From Lama guanicoe (lineage: Eukaryota), in the NCBI GenBank assembly GCA_013239625.1, contig MU057352.1, positions 32,452,904 through 32,516,903 on the forward strand: a stretch of 64,000 nt of DNA, in the 5' to 3' direction. Made by a program: the position numbers and the translations under genes. The notes beneath the pieces are model-generated. The model was not told where the DNA came from and did not search any database. It was given only the letters and a program-made list of their open reading frames with translations. This document shows, piece after piece, positions 52,301 through 61,200 of the stretch; the stretch's first letter is position 1, and each line of letters begins with the position of its first letter.

Positions 52301-55300
52301 GGCAATTTCGCAGTGACAGGTCAAAACATGTATAATTGTACGTTTCAAATATGTCCAGTCTGTGGTATGCCAGTTGTACTAGAGAAGCCAAGGCCAGTTT
52401 CTGTCCAGTGTCGTGTCCCCTGCCCTTACCTCCAATACCATGTACCTATATGGATATGGATGGAATACTGCTCAGCTATAAAAAGAATGCAGTAATGCCA
52501 TTTGCAGCACCATGGATGGATGGACCTAGAGATGATCATACTAAGTGAAGTAAGTCAGACAGAGAAAGACAAATATCGTATGATATTACATGTACAATCT
52601 GAAAATAATAAAAATGAATCTAAATATAAGCAGAAATAGACTCACAGACTTAGAAAGCAAACTTACGGTTACCAAAGAGGAAAGTGGGGGAGGGACAAAT
52701 TAAAGCATGGGATTAACCGATGCAAAGTACTATGCACGGAGCAGGTCAGCGTCAGGGATGTGCTGCTCAGCACGGGGAGCTATGTTCAGTACCTTGTGAT
52801 AACTTACAATGGAAAACAATCTGAAAATATATGTATAAATAGCTATCACTTTCCTTTACACCTGAAACTAACACCATATTGTAGATCAAATGTACTTCAA
52901 CTTATAAAATGTGGTGCTGGGGGAGGCAGGTAGGTTATAGTCGAGGTACTAGCTTCGGTTCTGGGGAAAAGTGTTTTGTTATTATGAGAAACTAAACCAA
53001 GTGCAGTACGCGTGGACCAATGGCGAGAGTAGGTCATAATCGAGGATTGTGGTCACTTAGTTCTGTGTACCTGGGGTCCCCTGGGGAAAAACACCAAGTA
53101 AAGATACTAAATGTTCAATTTCTAAACACTTCTAAATAAAATTTTTTTCAGAATTAAGAAAAGAAAAGTGGTGCTGGTGGCAGCCCGGATTCCGGGCCGG
53201 GCGTGGTGGCAGGCGTGGGTGAGCCCCGCAGGAGTGGGTGCAGGTGGGGAGCGGGGTCTTGGGAAGAGACACCACGCGGGTGGACCGGCGGCCTGGGGTG
53301 AGGGAGACGTGCTTCCTCCGCGTCACTCCTGACTCGCAAAGCTCTAGTGAGTGACATGGAGACCAGAACCCCACCTGAGGGGCAGAACCCTAAGATGGGG
53401 GGCTTTTCCAAGGTCAGAGCAAGTCTACAGTGAGTCCAGGTGAAACCCAAGAGGGACCGGAGCTCTGCTCTGCTCCTCTCACTCGCCCACGTGGCCCAGC
53501 CCCCAGAACCCCCCATCCAGAAAGAACAGAGAAGGGCCCTGGGGACAGGGCAGTCACCACAACGTCCGGCACGGGGTCCAGCAGCGGCAGGCTCGTCTTC
53601 AGCACCTCCACTGGGGGCAGTGTGTACAGGCTCTGCATGCAGGTCTGCAGGATCCTGGACTTGAGCGTGGGCTTGAGCCTGGGCCGCAGGTGGCTGGAAG
53701 GGACAGAGAAGGCTCCAGACTTGTTTGCACAGCCACGCGCCTGGCAGTAAAAGGCTTGGCCGAAGCAGGTTCCCAGCAGGCAGAGGCTGTGGCCGTCGGT
53801 CTGGATTACAGACGGGCTCTGGACTGTGGCATGGGGTGAGGGGTGCTGTTGGGGACATGGAGCTCGTTTGGACTGCGAGGGGCACCCCGACTCATTTATT
53901 CACTCCTCTTGGGCTCTTTGACTTCTATTGTGCAAAAACGTAGGAATTATTCTGGGGTTGGTTGCACACTGTGACCAGGATCGGAGCTCAGAGTGACCGG
54001 GGTCAGGACGGTGTGTGTCTAGGATCAGGGCTTGTATGTGAGCAGAGTCAAGGTTCGCTGTGTGACAGGCCGGGACGTGCTGTGTGACCAGGTCAGGGCT
54101 CAGTCTGTGCCCACGCTAACATCTTATCCCGGAGGAGAACAAAGGCAACCCCTCTGTCCCTGCCAGAGCTTGGCCCCGGGAGGCCCTGCGCTGTTTCAGT
54201 CCCTGGGCCAGCCCCTCCCGCTCCAGCCCTCCCCCGCCTCCTCCTGTCTCCTCACACACTGACCCCTACCCCATCCTCAGGGGCCTGGCCGGGCTCACTC
54301 CTGGGCCCCGAGGGCAGCTACCTCAGTTCTGTGATGACCAGTATGATCTTCTGCCGGAAGAGGTTGACCAGGATGTTGGGCTCATTCTCCAGGATGCACT
54401 GGGGGCAGAGAAGGAGCCGGCGTGGCGGTGGTGCCTGGCGGTCCCCGTGTGCACCTGCTGGGCAGGCCCCTGGGGGTCACTCACCAGGAGACACTGGATC
54501 AGCTCTGGTATCTGAGTGAACTTGTATCTCTGGGCACTGACCTCCCGACTGAGAGCCTTCACTAGCATGATGGACGCCGAGAGGAAGCTCGTTTTTAAGG
54601 TGTTGTCCTGTCCGGACACAGAGGGGCACCGAGGCCAAGTCAGGGGCCAGTCACTCAGCGCCGGCCCACCTGACCAGGGTGCAGGCAGTGCACACACAGC
54701 ACAGGACACGCCCAACAGCACGCGTGCAGCACACATCCAAACACAGCACCTTTACACACAGGTGTGCACGGAGCACGCACGCGCGGCACACAACACGTCT
54801 CCACGCAGCGTGTTCAGTCCCTTGCAGCACACAGCACACACACATTGACAGCCCACGTGGCAACGCGCAGCACACACCCCCGTGCGCTCAGGCCAAGCCG
54901 CGCACGGACAGCGGACACGCGAGCCTAGCCCTGCGCTCACACAGGCCGACCTCAGAGGCCTGAAGCACTGACCCATCCTCTCACCCCCACTCAGGCCTGC
55001 CAGGCCCAGTGACATGTGTGTGAGAAGGAGGTGACGGTCTAAGAGTCACCCTGAGGTCAGAGGTCAGCCCCTGCTGAGGATTAGGACACAAAACCGTGGC
55101 CACGGAAGCCTCCGGTCACCCGGGTCCCATACTCGGCCCTGCCCCACCGTCTTCACAGCTGGCCCCCGCCCGGGCCCTGCTTGTCGGGCGCTGCTGTGAA
55201 ACCCATCTGGCGGGCAAGGAGGTGGAACTTGCTGCCTGGACGTAGAAACACTTGTTCTGCACACGCACACACCGCAGCTCGAGGGCTGGGCGGGGCTCAC

Positions 55301-58300
55301 GTGGTCGCTGCACCAGAAGTAGTACACCATCCTGGAGGCGATGTTGTCCACCCAGGGCAGGATGTGCTTCCCGGCGTGCAGGGCCATCCGCCCGTAGCAG
55401 AGCAGGGTGGTGCTGCCGATCCACCTCCAGTGTGCGTCGGGGTCCGGCTGCCACGGCAGGAAGTGCAGTCGGGACCGGGACCGCTGGCCGCCAGAGCGCG
55501 GACTCGGCCCCGCCAGGCAGTGCCTCCCCTCTAAGCATCACTGCTGTGCGGTGCCCGGGACGGGGTGGCTTGCAAAATGGAGCCGCTCGACGTGTCCCCC
55601 AGGTCAAGTGCACAGGTGAGGACATGGGCCTGGGCCACACACATCACTCTGGGTCAGGGCAGGCCCCACAGCCCCCGACCGTCAGTTCCGATGGAGGCTC
55701 TGGACCCCACATATAGGGCCCTGGGGACAAGGCTCACATCTGCCCAGCCACCCCAAGAACAGAGAAGGCCTGAGCCCCACACTCCAGCCTGCAGGGAAAT
55801 GGGCCAAGCAGGGTCACCCCCAGGTTCCAGTGAACAGACTCAGAGCACACAAGTGACCCTCTCCAGGCCACCCACCCATCCGCCCCCACGCCACCCTCTA
55901 CCTGGCTGTCTGAGGACACCAAGGCAGACCTCAAGAACTTGGTGCGGCCCAGGTGCTCCAGCATGGCCCACACCTGCTCCAGGTGCAAGGTGGACGTTAT
56001 GCCGACGGCCAGCGCAATGCCCTGTGAGCCAGAGGACCCATAAGCCCAGCCCTGAGAGGCAGTGTTTTGTGGCCTGCCCGCCCCTCCAAAGGGCCCAGAC
56101 ACTGCCTGTCAAGCGTCCTGCAAAGCAGGCAGGCAGGGATGCCCCGCCCATCCTGCGTTCAAGGGCCTGCACCTCCATGGGGCTTCCAGGCCAAGAGGGA
56201 GCCAGGACACAGCCCAGGCCCCTGCACCCGGGGCCCCACCTTGGCTGACAAAGGGCTGGGGTGCTGTGAGTGTCAAGTCACCACGTGAAGGATGGGAGCA
56301 CGGTTGGCAGGAAACAGCAAGGCCAGCGGGAGGTGGGCTCAGGGCCTCGCAGGGCTGTGCGGGCCAGAGGGGCTGGGCTGGCTGAGGCCTCCAACCCACC
56401 TCCCGATGGCCAGACGACTGGTGGGACAGCTCCAGAAGCGCGGCCAGGTGCCTCCCCACCAGGTCCTCGCTGGCTGTCTCCCGGAGGATCAGCCCGTACA
56501 GGTGGAAGAGGAGGGTCTGGGGCAGGAGAGAGCGGTCTGTGTGGGGCCGGGCTAGGGCCACGGGGACGCCCTGTGCCGCCCCTCTGGCAACACCACCCTT
56601 CCCGCCCCGCCCAGCTCCGGGCTCCTCTGCACGCCAACCACAATTCAGAGGGGTGTGGAGCCTGCACTCAGAGTCTCCAAGAATCCCCGTTATTTCCCTC
56701 CTGATGAAAATGTGTACTTTCCGTGTTGGGCAACACGCCTTGAACGGGGGCGTTTCCTGGTTCTCGTCGCTGACATCAGCATCTCGTGTGTCTCCCGCAA
56801 TAGGGGGTAAGGCCCAGGGGGCAGGCACTGCTGTCCTGGCCACCAACCACAGCTCTACCCCTGGGGCTCGGGATGGCCCAGCAGGCATGTAGCCAGCGCA
56901 GAGGGGAGCTGGCGCCCCTGAGGCCCTTGTCCCCGCCAGACCATGCCTCTCGCCCGCCCGCCTACCAGGTGTGAGTGTCCTGGAGCATCAAAGCTGTGAG
57001 CAGAGCCTCCCCTTGCTTTTCTAGGACATTCTGGGCCATGTTTGTCGCTTGGGGAGGGGAGGGGTCTGAGAGACCCCCGTGGGAAGCCCTGGCAGCCCTG
57101 CCCAGGCACTGACCTTACCCAGAGGTGACTTGAGGTCCAGGTTGAAGGGCTTCAGGAGATTCGGGATGCTGGCTTCGGGCACCTTCTCCTTCCCAATAAG
57201 CAGTGTCAGTGCTTGGCCCCGCCTGCCCCCCAGGCTGGCGGGACAGAGCCCAGGGGCACAGGACAGACAGGGCCCCACCAGGCTGGGGAGAGGGACCTGG
57301 AGGCCCAAGTCCACTGGGAATCTTCAGGGGAGGCTGCCGCCCCTTGGGCAAGCAGAGAGCACACAGCCCATTCTCCAAAAGGGCGATGAGAGGGTCAGGG
57401 TGCCACCCCTCGAGCAGCCCAGCAGGGGGCTTGTTCTAAGTGTGACTCTGACCACACTCACCCCTGCTTGACCCCTGGCAGCCCGCTACCCATAGGACAG
57501 AGGCTGAATTCTTTAACTTGGCTGGGAGCCCATCCTGGCCCTGTAGTAGCTCCTAAGAGTGCTCCCCAACCCTTTTGTGCTGCTCTGTGGCCTCAGGGCC
57601 TTTGCATAGACAGTTCCCATGACTGGACAGCTCTCCACACCCTGGAGCCAGGATCTACCATACATGGTGAGCTGTCAACCAGGTTCCCGGCCCCTGAGAG
57701 TGAGTCGAGCTATGTGCTTGGAGAGTTTCTCCCTCTGTAAGTACACATGCCCTGCTCTGATCCCTCCTCACTGGTCCTGTCCTTCAGCCCCAAACCCCCA
57801 GAGAACCTGCAACAGGAGAGGAGCCAAGACAGCGCCCACCTCACCCGGGGCCTCAACTAACTACAGTGGCGGCTCAGGGCTTCACACTGGACGGAGTGCC
57901 GGAGCACACAGGGCATCAGGGAGGAGCTGGGGCAGGTCCCCCACACCAGCTGGAGGTCAGTCATGGGAGGCCTGAGCTGGGGAGTCTCCTGCATCCTGAA
58001 GAGGTGGGCCAGTGCCGCCCAGTCCTCGGGGGCCCCTGGGGTGGGTGATGCCCAGGCCCTCACCTGGCTGACGGACACTGATGTGTCAGGCTGTGTACCC
58101 ACCTGCTCTCCACTAGTGCCCCGACTCCCTCCTACCTTTGGGAACCTTACGCCACACATCAGGAGGTCAGGGGCTTTGGGGAGTGGGTCCTGAGGCCCCA
58201 GGAGGCCCCCCTCAGGGCCCCACCTGGCTGTCCTGCTGGACGCAGTGGCGGACGGCCTCCAGCACCAGGCTCTTCTCCAAGGCCGATAAGGTCTTGATTT

Positions 58301-60522
58301 TGCTGACGAGCTCTTCCTCCCAGGGTGGGCTGCCACTCAGGGACCTGTGCGCCACCGCCCTGCCCAAGAGGTCTGCAGAGGACAGAGAAGCAGAGAAGCC
58401 GTGCGGGGCCCCTGCGGCCCTGTGCAGGGAGCCCCGGGGGGGAGCCCAGGCCTCCCGGCCCCAGCTCCTGCTGGGCCCCGAAGTCACAGCAGCTGGCTGC
58501 TTTCTGCCCAGGCCATCTGTGGGGGGGACGTGTGAATGTAGCTGGGCAACTCGGAAAACAGCCCCCCAAGCACAGAGGCCTCTTTGGATGCTGGGACTCA
58601 GTCTAGAGGTGCGGTGGCTAGTCAGAACGCAGCCTGGGACAGGGGGACGTGGTGCACAACAGAGACGTGACATTGTGGGCAAAGGGAAGAAGGGGGTGCC
58701 AAGGAACTGCTCATCATTTGGGACCAACAATTAACCTGTATCCCTACCCTGCTCCTTGCACCAAAGTAACAGCAGACAATTATGATATTTGAATTTCCAA
58801 ACTACAACTGTAAAGTAGAGAAGACCGTGGGTTTTGTATTCTGAATCCTGGGACAGAGAGAAGCTTTCTAAATACAGCACAAAGCAGAAACCAAAGGGAG
58901 GGAACTTCTAGAGTTAGAGGCATGGACCTGGGGTTCAAGCAAGCATTGCCACCAACCAGACACTGAAAAAATGCCTGCATCTTCTTCAATGAAAGTTTAC
59001 CATCAACACACAGAAGGCTCCTGCCTGTAAGCCAGTCAGTAAGGATTTGCACCATCGATTCAAACACAGGCAAAAGGGATGAAGAGGCGGCTTCCAGCAG
59101 AAGCCCCATTGGACAATAATTAAACCAAAAGATGGTCCCCTCACCCGTTATGAAAGAAACGCAGACTGAAACCAGGAGATGAGATCTTTCATGTCAGTGA
59201 GACAAAGATGAACAAGATGGTGAAGACAGACATGGTCATGCTGCTGGTGGTGGGGGAGGTGGCGATTCGTCCTCTTTGAAAGATAATTTAGCAAAGGCTC
59301 TCAAATGCAAACAAAAAGCAGTTCAAACTGTGCAGATAACAAGATTCCTCTCTCATGGACAGAATGATGCCTGGAAGCTTTATGATAACAGTGAGGACTA
59401 GTTTCCAAATTGTCCCACAGTTTCACAAAGATAATCAGCACTCCTTTGACCACCCTCCCAAAAAAGGCTGTGAAGCCCATGTCCCATGGGCACAGAAGCG
59501 AGTCCGGCACTGGGTCAGGTGGCCGGGGGCAGTGTGGGCCTGCCTGTCAGGCACTGCGGGTGGGTGTGGGGCCAGCATCACCTACCTCCTGCAGGCCCCC
59601 ACTCTCACAGCCTAGCCCCAGAGCCTTGGGGCTCTCTGTCCTGTGCACCCGAGGGTGCCCCACGCCCAAGCCTGAGCCCTTGCTGGCCGAGACGAGGGTC
59701 TGCTCTGGGGAGCCCCCAGCTGCCACCACAGCCAGGGCCATGTCCCGCCGCGAGCGCGAGGCCCGGGCTTAAGACGGCTTGTTAGGTGGCCTCGCTGGCG
59801 GCTCTGACCTGCTGCAGGCTGGGGTCCCCCCACCGTCGTCCATCCATCCGTCCACTCACTCTGTCAGTGGACTCTTGCTGAGAACCTACTGCCTGACAGG
59901 CACTGGAACCCAAATAGATACAAAATGCTTGTGCTTGCTAGGCTCCTGGGGAGGCTCTGTGCCTGCCTCCGAGATCTGTGGGTGACTCCACCCTGTGCCT
60001 CCTTCTTGGCGGGTGAGGCTCCAGGACAGAAGGCAGCACAGAGGGAGGACAAGGTGTCTCACAGCCTGGGTGTCAGGCCCCTGGGCTCACATCCTGGGTG
60101 CAAGGACAGCTTTGGCCTTCATTGTGCTGAAATGGGGACAGGGGAGAGCGAGGCCCCCAAAGCCAACCTCGCCTGCTTTGTGAGAGCCCACTGGGGTGGC
60201 CCTGGTCCCTGGCGGATCACTGAAGCCCTTCCAGAAGTTTCTGTCTGCCGCCCCCATGCAGTATTAGGAGAGAATCCCAGAGGGGAGGATGTGGTAGAGC
60301 TGACATAAGATTACAGCGTCCTCCTGCTGACACAGAAGTAAGTGCTGATCGGAGCCAAGGCCTGGAAGGGGGCAGCTGCTCCGAGCCCCAAGCCGGCTCA
60401 GTGGGCCTCCCCGCAGCCCCACCCCAGCCCTGCTCACCAATGTCCAGCTCTTGCTCCTCTGGTGAGAGGCGGGTGGACCACCAGGAGGGACGGTGGGTGC
60501 CATCGCTGGGTGCGGCTACCAT
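28294..60522 (-). CDS. MROH4: Maestro HEAT-like repeat family protein (MROH4 by synteny; MROH5-like sequence), ~1048 aa in a 25-exon model
   Basis: 23 consecutive GT-AG exons from 56516 to 28294 join in frame (2913 nt, no internal stop). Motifs HILPWVDNIASRMVYYF, LRPRLKPTLKSRILQTC, LLTQLHYLFEL, VPLLFHLADSCP and LAWGRGLGA resemble recalled human MROH5. Position tail-to-tail with ADGRB1 matches mouse Mroh4/human MROH4P. The start codon and N-terminal exons are uncertain. Confidence 0.85.
28653..28727 (-). CDS. MROH4: MROH4 exon (GGLLQDYFADLCFCLKKGDVSTLRK)
   Basis: 75 nt; phase 1-1; gcgcag|...|gtgagc. Confidence 0.88.
28876..28978 (-). CDS. MROH4: MROH4 exon (VESNFGNYHQFLMRALVYLVSPDRHLKLVAMKFI)
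   Basis: 103 nt; phase 0-1; ccccag|...|gtagg. Confidence 0.9.
33015..33150 (+). mobile_element. Old L1 ORF2 fragment
   Basis: gacccaaaagcacaaacc...ggctacattaaaactccaaacttctgc, an L1 ORF2-like tract. Confidence 0.55.
34075..34197 (-). CDS. MROH4: MROH4 exon (KTKLTFLRCAILLKWEFRKELFGKLAWGRGLGAENDILIYM)
   Basis: 123 nt; phase 0-0; ctgcag|...|gtaag. Confidence 0.92.
34555..34901 (+). mobile_element. MaLR solo LTR (MLT1A/B-like)
   Basis: TG...CA ends; motifs ggtctttaaaggggtgattaaattaaaa, gtgggccctaa, gtgtccttataagaagagga, gagaggcctcag and gcagcccaagctgactaggaca; near-TSD gtccc/ggccc. Confidence 0.85.
35411..35490 (-). mobile_element. L2 3'-tail remnant
   Basis: (CCAT)n followed by tgagcattcact...caggctctgggct. 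Confidence 0.45.
36273..36428 (-). CDS. MROH4: MROH4 exon (EKEGVRGGAIFLYGDVI...LADSCPDVVM)
   Basis: 156 nt; phase 0-0; |gtaagt. Confidence 0.92.
36848..37000 (+). mobile_element. MIR SINE remnant
   Basis: ggttagagcacagac...tgtgaccctgagtaag...ctcagttcccc...gtggtgaggactgaat, the MIR core. Confidence 0.65.
37665..37841 (-). CDS. MROH4: MROH4 exon (VVLLRNRLAVLLDSF...HLLPLFEN)
   Basis: 177 nt; phase 0-0. Confidence 0.92.
38366..38509 (-). CDS. MROH4: MROH4 exon (FLNGQELTQYMSRK...SILLQPKK)
   Basis: 144 nt; phase 0-0; cctag|...|gtgag; not shown in the ORF track. Confidence 0.9.
38754..38865 (-). CDS. MROH4: MROH4 exon (AMAHYDCEVKAVLGQ...AILIITE)
   Basis: 112 nt; phase 2-0. Confidence 0.9.
39071..39208 (-). 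CDS. MROH4: MROH4 exon (TCLEALKGLFWTTNYWEVFAYL...GVALLAR)
   Basis: 138 nt; phase 2-2. Confidence 0.92.
39544..39728 (-). CDS. MROH4: MROH4 exon (ALGAIYELLYVREY...ALSPCR)
   Basis: 185 nt; phase 0-2. Confidence 0.92.
39939..40083 (-). CDS. MROH4: MROH4 exon (HVMPLWKALAANS...ELMSLL)
   Basis: 145 nt; phase 2-0. Confidence 0.9.
40600..40740. mobile_element. MER5-like hAT DNA transposon remnant
   Basis: ggcctgaggctgtatttctaacgagctctcagatgctgctg resembles the MER5A core. Confidence 0.5.
41121..41275 (-). CDS. MROH4: MROH4 exon (VAEILQGLFQELPCII...LCHPSER)
   Basis: 155 nt; phase 0-2. Confidence 0.9.
41964..42113 (-). CDS. MROH4: MROH4 exon (ALDGNLTVAQHTQLVLALL...SVKPEQ)
   Basis: 150 nt; phase 0-0. 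Confidence 0.9.
43359..43453 (-). CDS. MROH4: MROH4 exon (RNTAEFINLNKMKNFEARVHRESEMKFYDLVK)
   Basis: 95 nt; phase 1-0; tandem cag|cag acceptor. Confidence 0.82.
43629..43764 (-). CDS. MROH4: MROH4 exon (EEALPSMLGRQVGLLTLLW...QLLIQQK)
   Basis: 136 nt; phase 0-1. Confidence 0.9.
44050..45230 (-). mobile_element. Old L1 5'/ORF1 fragment
   Basis: Minus ORF NRRSNTAEESVSELEDRMTE resembles the L1 ORF1p coiled coil; boundaries approximate. Confidence 0.7.
45875..46700 (-). mobile_element. Old L1M (L1MC-like) 3' fragment
   Basis: cagaaaaactgcaagaatag...acccctaaatacttcagtgtg...cctaagaacaagga motifs. Confidence 0.6.
47131..47235 (-). CDS. MROH4: MROH4 exon (HAEPWLKSNKSHECRRVVQSIFLLLKYVLDYVRLT)
   Basis: 105 nt; phase 0-0; ccctag|...|gtgagt. 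Confidence 0.9.
47864..47959 (-). CDS. MROH4: MROH4 exon (VLYQKSAQALDLLLQNFVSENESMDEICFLLQ)
   Basis: 96 nt; phase 0-0. Confidence 0.92.
49305..49458 (+). mobile_element. Short younger L1 3' tail (camelid-type)
   Basis: tgtacagcacagggaac...caatatcttgtaataacctttaatgaaaaa...ctgcacttcag. Confidence 0.6.
50895..51033 (+). mobile_element. Short younger L1 3' tail with poly-A (camelid-type)
   Basis: atattcaatatct...aacctataatgaaaaagaatatgaa...gaaattgacaca...aactgactatacttcaattaaaaaaataaaa. Confidence 0.75.
51081..51414. mobile_element. MER2 (TcMar-Tigger) MITE
   Basis: agtcgtccctcagtacccacgggggattggttccaggacccc...gtatttgcatataaccta...ttggttgaatc...gagggtcaacg; degenerate TIRs. Confidence 0.85.
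52455..52910 (+). mobile_element. L1 3' end (ORF2 end plus 3'UTR, ungulate-type)
   Basis: atggaatactgctcagctataaaaagaatg...gacctagagatgatcatactaagtgaagtaagtcagacagagaaagacaaata...acacctgaaactaacac. Confidence 0.88.
53558..53693 (-). CDS. MROH4: MROH4 exon (SHLRPRLKPTLKSRILQTCMQSLYTLPP...VPDVV)
   Basis: 136 nt; phase 2-0. Confidence 0.9.
54322..54398 (-). CDS. MROH4: MROH4 exon (CILENEPNILVNLFRQKIILVITEL)
   Basis: 77 nt; phase 0-2. Confidence 0.88.
54485..54607 (-). CDS. MROH4: MROH4 exon (DNTLKTSFLSASIMLV...ELIQCLL)
   Basis: 123 nt; phase 0-0. Confidence 0.92.
54685..54945. repeat. Degenerate (CA/CG)n low-complexity tract
   Basis: Repeated gcacacacagcaca and cacgcg motifs. Confidence 0.6.
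55301..55447 (-). CDS. MROH4: MROH4 exon (PDPDAHWRWIGSTTLLCYG...HILPWVDNIASRMVYYFWCSDH)
   Basis: 147 nt; phase 0-0; strongest MROH-family signature. Confidence 0.93.
55902..56021 (-). CDS. MROH4: MROH4 exon (GIALAVGITSTLHLEQVWAMLEHLGR...DSQ)
   Basis: 120 nt; phase 0-0. Confidence 0.92.
56400..56516 (-). CDS. MROH4: MROH4 exon (TLLFHLYGLILRE...LLELSHQSSGHRE)
   Basis: 117 nt; phase 0-0. Confidence 0.9.
58224..58372 (-). CDS. MROH4: Probable MROH4 N-terminal exon (DLLGRAV...EELVSKIKTLSALEKSLVLEAVRHCVQQDSQ)
   Basis: 149 nt; phase 1-0; ctctgcag|...|gtggg; resembles the recalled MROH5 segment IIKKIK...LVMETIH. Confidence 0.7.
60438..60522 (-). CDS. MROH4: Probable first coding segment of MROH4 (MVAAPSDG...EEQELDI), within exon 60438-60689
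   Basis: Acceptor cttccccag| at 60690; donor ATTG|gtgag is phase 1, matching the next exon; first usable in-frame ATG at 60522. Confidence 0.45.
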
Positions 60523-61109
60523 GGACAGCGGCACTTCCTGGGAGGACAGGTCCTGGGGCGAGGACGGGGCCAGCCACCCGGGCCCCACCTCAGTCAGTCA
60601 CCTCAGACCTTACTGACCGCCCAGAGTCAGTCACTCCATTCTCACCAGGCCCCCCACAGTCAGCCAGCAGCTCCAAGGCCTCTGCGGACCTGGGGAAGGA
60701 GGGAAGGAGGTGGCTCCTAACTTGGGCTGACATTCAAGGTCCTCCTAGGCTCTGCCCATCCTCCAAGGCTCCTCGGCCCCAGCCTGTGCCCCCCGCCCCC
60801 ACCCTCACGTCCACAGCTCAGGCATGGCCCCACGTGAGGCTGCCGGCTGTGTGGGTCTGCGAGGACTGGCCAAAGGAGCTCCTGAAGCTTCCAGAGGACC
60901 CACTGGGTCAGAGCCCAGGCATCCTAACTGCCCTTCTTGGACCCAGCTCTTGGACCCAGGTGGATGGGTCACATGCTCTGGGAGACCATGTGGCCCCAGG
61001 GAAACCTGGGGGCCCTCCTCTGTCCTCCCTCCTCCCAGACTGTCCATCCCTGCCCACGAGTCCACTGGGCCTCCCAGCATGAGGGGTTGGCAGGGACCTT
61101 TTGTCCAAT

Positions 61110-61200
61110 GCACTTTCTAATTTGGCAGGTATGGGACAGGCCAGAATCTGCATTTCTAACGAGACTCCAAGTGACCACATTGCTACCAGTCTTGGCTTGG
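61110..61200. mobile_element. MER5A-like remnant
   Basis: ggccagaatctgcatttctaacgagactccaagtga. Confidence 0.55.

Larger units (their letters stand above)
48950..52400 (+). mobile_element. Fragmented old L1 (ORF1 and ORF2 remnants) with nested insertions
   Basis: AT-rich; EIMARMFPNLMKSTNSQFQEVQQTPSTRNMKKIT is ORF1p-like; LPWDPAISPLGIHL is ORF2 C-terminal-like; boundaries approximate. Confidence 0.8.

Noticed and set aside
57770-57806. Strong minus-strand acceptor (ctctcctgttgcag) as the missing MROH4 exon
   Set aside because: The phase-0 frame hits TGA at the 13th codon and no suitable donor precedes it.
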